DNA of 61,866 nucleotides, counting the filler, from Catajapyx aquilonaris (taxonomy: Eukaryota): the NCBI GenBank assembly GCA_000934665.2. It is 4 parts of 4 records of this genome, joined end to end, with 100 filler letters (N's around TTAATTAATTAA, not from the genome) between each part and the next. Parts side by side here need not be neighbours in the genome. Positions count along the whole stretch, not along the records: positions 46,697 to 61,866 come from JYFJ02007575.1; 3 more parts are not named here. One strand, given 5' to 3'. Made by a program: the position numbers and the translations under genes. The notes under the pieces are model-generated. The model did not search any database and was not told the DNA's origin. It worked only from the letters and a program-made list of their open reading frames with translations. Numbering within the stretch: the stretch's first letter is position 1; each line of letters begins with the position of its first letter. Shown here in pieces: positions 48,984-60,505 of this stretch.

Positions 48984-49388
48984 CAGGGTGGTCCAACTTC
49001 AAGTGTCGTTTTATAACGGCGATTAATAGCAGTGATTTTGCGAGGACGTAGCAGCGACGTGTAACATGTCCCACTTCGGCGTCATCGAAAATATTAGCTG
49101 CCAATAGCAGCACACATGTAATCAACACTGCTGCTGGGTTGACCTGGAAAAAAGGAGGTGCACACATGACCTGCGATGCGCCTGGGTGAAATGGGTGACG
49201 CCCAAGGCACCAGATTGGCATTGGTGCCGCATGTGGTTGCGCAGGGTTCATTACATGTGTGCTGCTATTGGCTGCTAATATTTTCGATGGCGCCGAAGTG
49301 GGCCATTTTACACGTGGCTGCTACGATAATCGTAAAGCGCTTCTATAAATAGCCGTTATAAAACGACACTTGAAGTTGGACCACACTG
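48984..49388. mobile_element. Tc1/mariner-like foldback MITE
   Basis: TA|CAGGGTGGTCCAACTTCAAGTGTCGTTTTATAACGGC ... GCCGTTATAAAACGACACTTGAAGTTGGACCACACTG|TA; inverted arms extend about 150 bp. Confidence 0.88.
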
Positions 49389-49950
49389 TATGATATAATC
49401 CTGTACGTGACGGCCTGTGGTTGCAAAATGGTGTTGAGAGAATTTCCCACTTCCATTTAGTCAATGGGTTCCTAGACATGAAAAATCACCGAGGTTTTCG
49501 TAGGCCACATTGCTACGAATGGCGCTATAGTTTTATTTATTTATTTTTATTTACCATACCCCGATGGGCCGTACAAGCCTTGGGGGGAGACAGCATCAGC
49601 AGACAGTTACCGTTGATTTAATTACATCACAAGAAATTTATACGATTACTCATGTTGTGCATGAAGTTGTGTAGGTTATGAAAGTTTGAACCCGAGACGT
49701 TGTTGGACATCATAATTAAATTGCCACTTGGGGCAGGCAGGAATGAGTGTAGGAAAGAGTTACGGGGAGTTGTTAGTACAGGACAGTCGTACATAATGTG
49801 CACCAAGTCAAAAGCTGCTGACTGATTACACAGAGTGCAGTTTTGTTCCGGCGACAGTGTGATGAAGGAAGATCCTACTTTTAGATGGATTGAGTAGTTC
49901 TTAATATTAATTATGAGGCGTTTAATGGGAAGGGGGAGTTGGGCTGTTAA

Positions 49951-50432
49951 AGGAAGGGTTCAGTGATTTTGCATGTTGGGCTAGGATGACTCCCTGATTC
50001 TAAAAATGTGGCCAGTTTTGGAATCTGACGCCGCGTAAACAAATGCCGTTAGGTGAAAGTCCATATCCGCTACTGTATTCGATACGGTAAGCGTACAGCC
50101 AGCGCCTCCCGCGGAAATTCCGGTAACCTGCCACCACCGTGGCCAATGAGATTGGCTTAGTCTCGGAGCCACTCGGAGCCCATTTTTTCATCTTTTCACG
50201 GGACACGGGTTCCCTCTAGCCACAAGAGTGGAAGCTTCGACCGCTGCATCGAAGCTTCCACTCTTGTGGCTAGAGGGAACCCGTGTTCGGCGTTGATTAA
50301 AAAAACTACGGTACTTTGACTTGAAATTTTACGCTTATGGTGCATTTGCCAACAAAACGGATCGAATATTTCAAATCAGGGAGTCGTGTTTGATTTTTGG
50401 AGCTCAACATGCAAAATCACTGAACCCTTCCT
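49951..50432. mobile_element. Kolobok-like non-autonomous element with an internal perfect hairpin
   Basis: TTAA|AGGAAGGGTTCAGTGATTTTGCATGTTG ... CAACATGCAAAATCACTGAACCCTTCCT|TTAA (28-bp TIR). Confidence 0.85.
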
Positions 50433-50827
50433 TTAAGTATTCAACGCTGTTCTCACCTCTAAAAAAGACTGTTTTATATTGAAGGTATTTGATATTGAAG
50501 GTATTTGATATTTTCATTACATAAGTTTTTTGTGTGTTGCCCAGTGATATAATTAGAAACACATGTCATGTCACACACAGTAGGTATCCACAATTCCACA
50601 TGCCATCATTATGCAACGACCTCAGCAGCTGCCCTATACACATCCCTACATCCTGCAGACCTACACCGATTGTACTGGGAATGAATAATGTTTCACAAGA
50701 CAAGATATGTCAGTGCGCTACAGGTGTTCTTTTGTCTGTAAATCGAATGGTTCCAAACCTTATGCACTCAGATTCTACATACAAGCTTGCTGTACAGTCA
50801 TAATAATTTTCGTAAGGACTTGCAAGG

Positions 50828-52290
50828 ATGAGACGGTTTCTGGTCCTCCTTTCCCTGCTTCTGGCTAGTCAGAAGATTCTAGCTTTATATGTTACTATTG
50901 AAGGATAATGAGGAGCTGACCTGGGAAGGAACTGTTTTCATTATTCCACGTTCTGATTAACATGAATACGTATTTTCATTGCTGCAATTAGTTGGTGGCG
51001 AAAAAGTACCAAAGCCAGAGTATCCAGATACAAGTTTTGATTACAAGTTCTATAGCAGTCAGCTTGTTAACGCGATTTTGTGTAACTTCTTGAAACTGAG
51101 AGAAATCATCAAGCCACCAACACACATGGAATCAGAGAGCGATTGTGGTAAGTGCGTTTACGGGAAAAAAAGTGCAGAGATGATGAGCTACAATTCTGCG
51201 TAAAAAAAGTGTGATTTTTTTTCTGACGTAAATTGCCTGTACTTACAGGAGATCCGATCGGAAAATTTGACAGTCGCAACAAATCGTGTTATTGGTTGGG
51301 ATTTCCGAACTGCAACTTCACTGGCACTATGTTTTACTTGACCAATTCTGCGGAACGATCCAATGTTCAAGAGTTGGGTTGGTTGGGTTAAAACGAGGTC
51401 GAAAGTCTGAAGAAGACAAACTTCAACAGCTCGTGCAAAACAGTGCTCATTTGCCATGGATGTATTGAGAATGGCAGCATTGGCTGGATGCTGCACATGG
51501 AAAAGGCATTATTTTGGAAGGTAAACCATACCTACATTGACGTGGGGAATGAATAATAATAATACCGATTACAAAAAATTCGAACTTGGCGAGTGCTTCC
51601 CCTGCACCAATGGAAGCAACTGCGGTAAAATGGGATTCCATTCCAAGGAGACAAACGCGAAGGGAGTGCAGCTTCTGAAGACTCTGGACAAACCTCCTTA
51701 CTGTGGTCAGCTGGCTCACACCTTTCTCATTAATAATAATAAGAAATAATGTCTGTTGATCTTTAATAAGATGGCCCCTTTTCACTCCAAACAGGAAGCC
51801 ATTTTCGGTTAAACATCACGTTCGCTACACTTTTAGATTTAAATTTAGATTTTAAATTGAACTGTTAGATCAACATGGCAGAACAACTGGGAAAAATATG
51901 TTTGAAGTAGTGTAAGTAGGTACATTTCTTCGCAATGAATGTACGTGGAGAGGGTTAATTTTATGACTGACTCACAGGTTCATTTCTATAGCGACATTTG
52001 TGAGGGTTTTCATCACGAAATATCAACCGTGACTGGATTTTGGAGGGACCATCACTGCAAAAATATCTGCTGCCGATTTCACGCCAATAAAGCGGATGTC
52101 AGTAATTAGTCAGAGGTAAAGAACAAAGAGTGACGTTAATCATTTTCAGACGCTCTCGTGTGTTCATATTCCATGATTACATGCGGGGAGAATGGAATGT
52201 AATCATTTTCACATTCCAGCAAATACTACTGCGGTCCTACAGTCTCTGGAGGCCTGCTAATGGAGAGGACGATCCCCCTTGATAAGAGCA
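50828..52290 (+). pseudogene. Lipase copy 2, pseudogene
   Basis: Exons 50828-50867, 50992-51147 and 51249-51520 (frameshift, TAA at 51389), then a jump into mid exon 6 (51563-51705) and degraded C-terminal exons near 51991-52115 and 52220. The exons carrying the catalytic Ser, Asp and His are absent. Confidence 0.85.
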
Positions 52291-53924
52291 CGCCTTGTTG
52301 GCTCTTCCGATTGTTATATTTCAATTATCATTATAGTCTATCTTTCCTGGTTCTCGAAGAAAATGTTGAATTCGACTGTCCGTCCACATTTGGTGAAGCA
52401 ATTTTGTACTGAAATTAATAAACAATATATTTGTTGTATGATTAAATGCAGAGCGCAAATTTATTGTGGGTAGATCAGAAAGTTGATCATCATTCTCTGC
52501 ATGGTGAATGATTGACGTCATTCGATGCTGGTGTAACACTTCGGTACTCCGGTGTACACCTGCAGTGGTACTCCCAGATAATCCTTAGGTACCTTATTCT
52601 TTGGTACTCCTGCTGGGTACTTATTGAATTTGGTACTCCAGTGGCAGTGTACACTTGACAATCGAGTGGTTAACGCCTTGGTGATAGATCTAATTATATT
52701 GAATTTAGGTCGTTAATAATAATTCATGTCTGATGCTGTTTTCATCATGTGGGGTCATCTTTACTGTCAAAGGTCACGGTCAAGGTCATTTTGTTATAAC
52801 TAAATGTTATAACTAAACCAACTTTCCATGTCTTCGTTGCTTAATATTGCTTAACCTAATATTTTCCCGCTACTGAGGTCCACCTTCGCGTAACATGGCC
52901 CATACATAAAGTATAACCCCGCGTCCTTCACCATGACATATGAGGGGTGTGGTGAATAAACATAATAACTGGCAAAGCTGTAATTTTTCAGGAGAGTGAA
53001 TTGAAGTTTGCATTTTCTTAACAAATCATAGAGAATCCTGGTTTTGATCTAGTCCGTGTGGCCGTCTCGTGCATGATACGTGACCTTGGAATATACCAAA
53101 CTGTTTGTCATGTCTTATACTTTACATAGTTGCTAGGTGTTCAGGTCAAATCAAAAATAACAAAAATGTCAGTTGTCATGTTTTTCCACCTCATTATGTT
53201 GCCCCAATGACTGTGTCAGTTACGTGTTTTCATTATTTTGTTCATCTGGTACACAGTCAAACCACGTCAAACAAACCACAGCATTCACGACAATCGCTTA
53301 TGCAACATGGTATATAGGTCTGGTGTCTGGGCATGTGCAAAAAAGGCACAGGCTAGCGAATATCATCAGTCTGGCACTGCCTGTCCCATTCACATGTCAA
53401 GTGAGTTATGTAAGGATTAGGCAAAGCTCGTACCATTTTATTTCCATCAACAAGAGGACAGATTTATAGATAGATTATTCGTTTGGCCTAAGGCGCCCCT
53501 CATCCCACAAAATAATTGGCCAATGTGAAGTTGTCAACCTGTATGACTGAACTTTCAAGAGCGCGTTAGAATCTGCGTAGAATATGTATACTGAATAATT
53601 ATGTTAGTAAGATGGTCTAATTTTACAGACATAGTTCCAGAGATAATTGTGTTCAAGAATCCTGATGCCACACCTCCCCCTCGGAATGATTGTTCTCGGG
53701 AAGAAAATTAGCTGAAAGGCTTAAGGAGCGGACATTCACGGAAATTGAGAATTTTATGTAGAGTAGAGGTGAAAAAAATAAATAAATGAAGCTGAATATA
53801 TATTGGCAGGTGGAGAGGCGGAGTGGCACTGCGGACTCGGAATCGAAAATAGTTTATTTAAGACAGTGGTCCTAGCAATGGGGTTGATATTTTATTACAA
53901 AGGTTTTGTTACAAAATTGATCAG

Positions 53925-54195
53925 AAGCACATGTCATGTCACCCACAGTATCGACATGTCATCGTTATGGAGCTACCGGTACCTCAGCAGCTGCCCTACA
54001 CATCACTACATACTGTAGATGAATAATGTTGCACATGATAAAATGTGTGTGTGATACAGGTGTTCTTTTGTCTGTAAATTGAATGGTACGAAGCCTTATG
54101 CATTCAGGTTCTATCTACAAGCTTGCTCGAAGGCTCTTGGTAAGCACTGCCACGGATGAGACGTTTTCTTGTCCTCATCTCCCTGTCTATGGCTG
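53925..54195 (+). other. Orphan lipase upstream region plus signal-peptide exon (54156-54195, MRRFLVLISLSMA)
   Basis: Homologous to 50555-50867 and 55560-55885; ends G|GTAAG (phase 1); no exon 2 of its own was seen. Confidence 0.8.
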
Positions 54196-54468
54196 GTAAG
54201 ATTATTATAACTTTATCAACGACAATATTCAAAATGATCAGAATAAGTTATTGTGATATTAACTACATTTTAAACACACAACAAAGTGGGCTGAGAGCAT
54301 GAATGGCGTATGCCACTCGACAGGGTATATCTAGTTATCGACACAGGTAGAATCCTCACACCATGTTATATTCTACCAGTGTCACAGACTAAATGCTTAA
54401 GTTATGGCATGTGTTATTATCTGAGTGAAAACACCACCCAAACTTTCCAATTAACACTGAGGATATAG

Positions 54469-54819
54469 TTGGGGAGGTGTAGATGGCCGAGATGGTAACG
54501 TCTCAGTTTGCTGAGTGAAAGGCCACAGGTTCGATCCCCGCCTGGGTAACTTTCCTTTCACCTGCGTCAGGAGGGTCTCTGACCTGCACCAAGGAGGTGT
54601 CTGGCAACCTAACCTCCTGGGGAACAGCACATGACCCCTTTACCGACCTTGCACTTGCACCACATGTTCCCTCCTCCAAAATCCCTATATCCTTACCCCA
54701 TGTCCTTTCATCCTTGCACCGGTGAGCGAAGAAAAAATAGTACACAGTTACTAGAAAACTGATGGTGGTGTGCCACCCCCCTAAAAAGGCTCCGCCTTAT
54801 CACGGGGTAACGTAAAAAA
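54469..54819 (+). mobile_element. tRNA-derived SINE, family B, full length with 16-bp target-site duplication
   Basis: TGGCCGAGATGGTAA A box, GGTTCGATCCC B box, A tail; AACACTGAGGATATAG at 54453-54468 and 54820-54835. Confidence 0.92.
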
Positions 54820-55057
54820 AACACTGAGGATATAGGCTACTAAAACGTTTAAAACATGTCGATTTACTTTTTGTCTCTCTTCAGAAATGCACGGTTTCTC
54901 AATAATCTACGCGTTGGCACGATTATACCATATTTTTTTTTTGCGTAACTTTGTATTGTCGAATTTCTAATACCATCCAAGCCACCTACTAGTAGTTCGT
55001 TTATAAGTTAATACGCGGCTTAATCCCAGAGCAGTAGGCATTTCATTCGGCACGAAA

Positions 55058-55091
55058 ATGCTTCGCTTGTTGCTCTTGCTGGTTATGACGG
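55058..55091 (+). other. Candidate additional signal-peptide micro-exon (MLRLLLLLVMT)
   Basis: AAAATG start context, hydrophobic peptide, G|GTAAG phase-1 donor. Confidence 0.5.
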
Positions 55092-55845
55092 GTAAGAACG
55101 CCTCTTATTATATGCTATAAAGCTATACCAAACTCCTCTTACTACAACTGGGTAATTATTTTCCTTAAGGTGTACTATCACACTGTTATTGTTCCGTTTT
55201 GGTGGCATAATATATTGCTTTTCCCAGAAAAAATATCTGAAACCATAATATGTTACACCCTCAGCCTAGTTCATCTCACACTAAGTCCAGTACCATTACA
55301 ACACCAATAATTTGAAAAACCATATAAAGAGAAAGCTGTCTCCTTGTTTAACGAAGCAAAAACCAACATAATCTCTCAGGGGGAACTTAAGGAAAATAAG
55401 TTAAAATTTTATTTCTAAGTGTTCGAGTTTGAATACATTCGGTTATTAGTAAATGATGGATTGAGAAAGGTGAGCTCAGATTGCAAAGGTAACATGGTTC
55501 TGTTTGCGAGAACTGTGGCCCTTTACATGTAAGACACGGGAATTAAAATTTGGTTGCGTAATCACATATGGTATGTCCCTACTGAACTACGACATGGCAG
55601 GGTTTTGCAACAACCTCAGCAGCCACGCCATACATTGTAGTATACTGTAGACCTGCAGCAGACGTGGGGAATGAATAATAGAGCTCTTATGTAGAATCCA
55701 CCACATGATACGTCCACAAAAACACATGTCGCAGATGTTCTTTTGTCCAAAATTGCATTATTCGAAACCTTGTTCGAAACTTTATTCCCTCACTTCTGAT
55801 CTACCTACTTGTTACACAGTCACACTTTGTTGAGGGCTCGCAAAG

Positions 55846-58800
55846 ATGAGTCTGTTTCTGGTCCTCATCTCCCTGTTTCTGGCTGGTAAGTATACATTCC
55901 AGCCGATTATAGAGGACAAAAATCATAGGGCTTGATGGGATCAATCATCACGATATTGCAATTCTCGAGTATCTACTTAGCAATACCTGGTTAAAAAAAA
56001 ATTCAACAAGGTATTATGCTCAATTTTTTCTGATGAACCACACAGTCGCATGTCTTATGACATATCTGCACGGTTTATTGGGAAACTAAAAAAATGAGAA
56101 TGAAATGCCGGCCATTGATAGCCACGTTCCATTAACTCATTGGAATGACACATATATTTGCAGACCAAATTAATATTGTGATCCAGGCACCAAAAACCAT
56201 TTACAAATTTTGTACATTCTCTTCCTCCACAGATGTTGGTCAATAATTTTAATTTTTATTTGTCATGATCTGATGATGATTATGATTATGATTATGATTA
56301 TGATTATTACTATTATTTTCATTGCTTCAATTAGTTGGTGGCGAAGTAGTACCAAAGCCGGCGTGTCCAAATGTAACCGTAGATTACAACTACTATTTTG
56401 GTAACTACTCTATTACTTTTCGGAATCAGCTGGAGCAGATCAAAGCTGCTCTCAACTCATCGTCATCAATTGGTCAAAAGGAAATAGACTGTGGTAAGTA
56501 ACTTTGTGAATTTAAAGCAAAGTGACTATGAGATAAGGAGGCTTTCTTTCTCAAACACTTTGTCTCTATATACCTGCAGGAGATATCGGAAAGTTTGATA
56601 CCCGAAACGGTTCATGTTACAAGTTGGGCCTTCCAAATTGCAACTTCAGACCGACTCTCTTTTATTTGACAAATTCTGCCAACCGATCTAAAGTTCAAGA
56701 GTTGGATTACAACAACACCGCGAGTCTGAGCCAGACAAACTTCAACAGCTCGTGCTTTACGGTGATGATTAACCATGGATATTCCGAGTCTTCCAGGATT
56801 GCCTGGATGATGAGCATGGAGGAGGCATATTTTTGGAAGGTAAACCATATACTGATGGCAAGGAGTTGAACTCCTCCACAAAACACAGCTGTTAACGTGG
56901 CCATATCACGGCTTATTTGTCACTTCAGTTTCAGAATTCCTGCATAAATGTCATTCGCATATCCTACGAAAACACAACAGACCTGAATGTGCTCTACTTG
57001 TTGCAAAATGTTGGAGTGATTGGTAGACGAATCGCAATCTTCCTCCTGAATTTGAAACAAGTATTTCAAGCCAAACCAGAAAATATGCATTACATCGGCT
57101 TCAGTATGGGAGGAACAATTGTTCCATATATGGCAGATTACTTGCTTCAAAATAATGTTACTCTGAAAAGAATTACAGGTGAGTGGGCACTTTCAGAGAT
57201 TGCCCGTTTGGCGGATCAAGACAAGCATATTTAAAGTATGGTAATGTGCAGGTAATGTGATGCTACAACTAGAATTTTATAGTCTGCATCCTTCCTTGCC
57301 TTCAATGCAGTACTTTTGTGTAAACTCCACAACAGTCCACCTTTGACATCCGGAGTTACATTCCCGCACAGGACTGCCTCACGTATAATGTTCTCTCCGT
57401 GATGGCTTGGGTGTTATAACTGTTCCCCTGTTCTCCCACTGTCTCTCTCTGAAGCTGCTGTCCTTATAGGTGCATTGGCTATGTCAAGCGAATAAATTCC
57501 TACTGCAACTACTAAAGTTCTATTTTAGGTCTGGATATCGGTGGTCCTGGAGGCTGCTACTTTGAAGAGGTGACAGGATGCCTCAGGATGAACTCTTCTA
57601 ATGCAAACTACGTGGACCTTATCCACACAAACGGCGCTGATTTTTTCTGGCCCCGCCGGCACTGATAAACTTTGCCTGCATATTAACGCTAGGGCATGTG
57701 GATTACTACGTAAATGGAGGGCAACTTCAACCGACATGCGCCGGAAGCGGTGCAGGTGAGGGCATCTCATTGTACTGTAGTCATTACGTCATGTCGAGGC
57801 TGTGAAATGTACTAATAGTTACTTATGAATCCTTGTTATGCAGAAGAATATATTATACAGTATGATTGCATTGTTTGATGGATTTTGGGTAAGTAAGATG
57901 CCGTGCAATATGGTTACCTAGAGAGATGTATGAATTTATTTGATATCATTAGAAAGAAATGAATCTTCCAAATCCTAATATGTCGAAATCTTTCCATTGT
58001 GATTTGATTATTTCACCATATCAACTCTTTGTGGACACATGGTAAATTAGACAATCCTACCAGTGCAGTGTCTGAATTATTATGCGAGGCATGACTATAC
58101 TTGCACAAATTCGCCAGATTTTGGCTTCAGCATTTGAAAGAGGTCAAACTACCTGGATATTTCTTTCTTTGCAGGTAATCCAGCCTGCAGTCACTTGAGT
58201 GCTCCACCATATTACACCTGCTCAATCCTTTCCGAAGTCTGTCCTTCTAAATCATTCCCTGCTCCTAAGTACACCGATTACGATAAATTCACACATGGAG
58301 AGTACTTTCCCTGCAATGGACCTGAGTGTGGATTAATGGGATTCCATTCAGACGAAACAAATGCCTCCGGAGTGCAGCTCCTCAAGACTCTGGGAAATCC
58401 ACCTTACTGCGGTCAGTATACTGTATATATATATACCAGGGTCGTCCAATAAGTTCTGAGCCTGATGTTGAAAGACATGTTTGATGGTCAAAATTTTACT
58501 AAGACTTTTCTACGTAGTCACCTTGAACCAGGATGCATTTGTCCCACCGGTGCTCCAACCTCTGTATTCCGTGTAAAAAAAAAATCTTCCTCGACCCCAC
58601 CCAACCACTCATACATTGCACTTATCACCTCATTGTCACTGGAGAAGTGCGTCCCACGGAGGTTTCAGGAGAATAATGAAGGAGTCAGGTCTCATTTTGT
58701 GTTACGTAACGAGCCAAAAAGTGTCCCGGTCCCTCCAATACTCCTCCAATGGCGCCAGTGAATGTGTCACACGGATCCGCTTCTGATCAGGCGTTAAGGC

Positions 58801-60193
58801 GCGGGTTACCCATCTGGCCGACAGCTTGTGCATCCCCAATATGTCCGTTAGGATTGAATTCACAGTGCCTCGCGAGATGGCCATCGCCGTGGCTCTCTCC
58901 CTGAGGTGAGTCGGCCGTCTGCCATGACCATGTCATGGATGCGGTTGACGTTCTCCGCAGTGGTTGCCGTTGCTGGGCGGCCCGAGCGGGGGTCATCTTC
59001 CACACTCTCCCGACCCATCTTGAAATCCCGTGCCCACCTTTTGACAGTCAGGTGGCATATGAAGGAGCTTCGTCAAACAGTGTTTCCCTCATGTCCTCAC
59101 AAGACTTATACTCGTACATCGCCCTAAATGATGACGTTGAGCTGGTAGAAGCTAGCTAGTCGGAGCTAGTCGGGTTCAGCTATAGTAATAACATGCTTTT
59201 TATATCGCACTGAAATATTTTTCACTTTGAAAATTTTAGGTTACGCGGGCGTAAGGAGTTTCCGCATTACGCCTTCCTTTAACTTTCCCGCATGTTATTT
59301 CATGGGTATATAAGTATACGATGCACACGAAGTTCAAATATAATTATATATACAATATAACTAGTTTCAGTTTTGAGGTAACTAATGGAAAGCGAAGATT
59401 TGACTTTACACTTGCTTACATTCTTGGGAGGACAAAGTTCATCCTCGCTTTGTAGGTAACTAAATTATGAGGTTTTAGGACTAAATTAAATTTATGAGGT
59501 TTAGAGCAGAAAAAATGGTATTCAAACACACAAACAGGTATAACTCAAAAATTGGACTTTTTTCCTTCATTGTGACGGAGTAATCAATCATTAATTTTTT
59601 CCCAACAAAATTCAGGGGCCCATTATTCGGTAAACATCACATTTACTTTGCCATTGTCTCTAAAACTGGTGCTGCAGATCACGCTGAACGACACTAATGG
59701 CAATACAACTGGCCCAATGGGATTTCCTTTGGTGTAAGTATGGCTACTCAGGAATTACTTTGTAGTGGGGCAATTATACTATATACTTATAATGTATATT
59801 TAACAGGGATGTTGGTTATAAAACGACGGTGAATGTTGTCATCGGGAATTACGTTCCCTTGGATTTTGGTGTCGGCAAGAACATTACTGCAACACTGAGC
59901 GGATTAACACTGACAATCGATAAAATGAGTGTGACAAACGACAATGGGACAAGGTAAAGCAGATCTATTTTGTGTCTCTAGTTGGAGAGTTACCTAAACC
60001 ACTCATCTAATGACAGCAGCACCTGCCTTTCAATAGAAATGCTTTTCCCTAATATACAAATGGCAACTACTGTAACAGCTAGACTAACTGTCAGTCCTTT
60101 TCGTTTAATTTCAGCAAGTACTACTGTGCTGCTGGTATACTTCCACCCTTGCTTCCACCCACGTCTTACCTGCTGACAGACAACAACTGTTAA
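55846..60193 (+). CDS. Lipase copy 3: secreted pancreatic-lipase/phospholipase A1-family protein, ~503 aa, 9 exons (55846-55885, 56335-56493, 56580-56839, 56935-57178, 57529-57755, 58175-58411, 59616-59733, 59807-59953, 60115-60193); single 1-nt frameshift in exon 5
   Basis: Signal peptide MSLFLVLISLFLA; NHGY oxyanion loop; HYIGFSMGG (GxSxG); RITGLD; VDLIHTN; GHVDYYVNGG.QP.C; CSH; PPYC; C-terminal beta domain. Splice phases are all consistent except exon 5, which is 227 nt rather than 228. Confidence 0.9.
58436..59200 (-). mobile_element. Internally deleted mariner transposon in lipase intron 6
   Basis: TA|CCAGGGTCGTCCAATAAG terminus; minus-strand remnants EDDPRSGRP, ILGMHKLSARWVTRALTPDQKRIRV (WVPR-like) and LRGTHFSSDNEV; the DDD core is missing. 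Confidence 0.88.
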
Positions 60194-60505
60194 ATCCAGA
60201 GAAAAATCATCATCATATAATTATTGCAATATGCGAAAAGGGCGACCTTTGTAAGTTATGGACTAATGTGAAAACGAGTGTACCGTATATATGCCTGTTT
60301 TATGTATCTCTCCTCAATATTAAATCTTAATATATCCTTTCTGTGAGCATCACCATATTGTTTTAATAATTACCCGGTGAGTAATGATAAGGCACACCGC
60401 ACAGCACACAAGGAGAGTCATTGCGTACTGCACTACCAATTTTCATCCCAATTTCTATATCAATGACATTTTTGGAATTTTGGAATGCAATGGGGTAGGC
60501 CTGTA

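Noticed and set aside
54469..54545. tRNA genes at the SINE heads (also near 29075, 19200 and 17960)
   Set aside because: A and B boxes are present, but each continues into a shared non-tRNA body with tail and target-site duplication; no clean cloverleaf.
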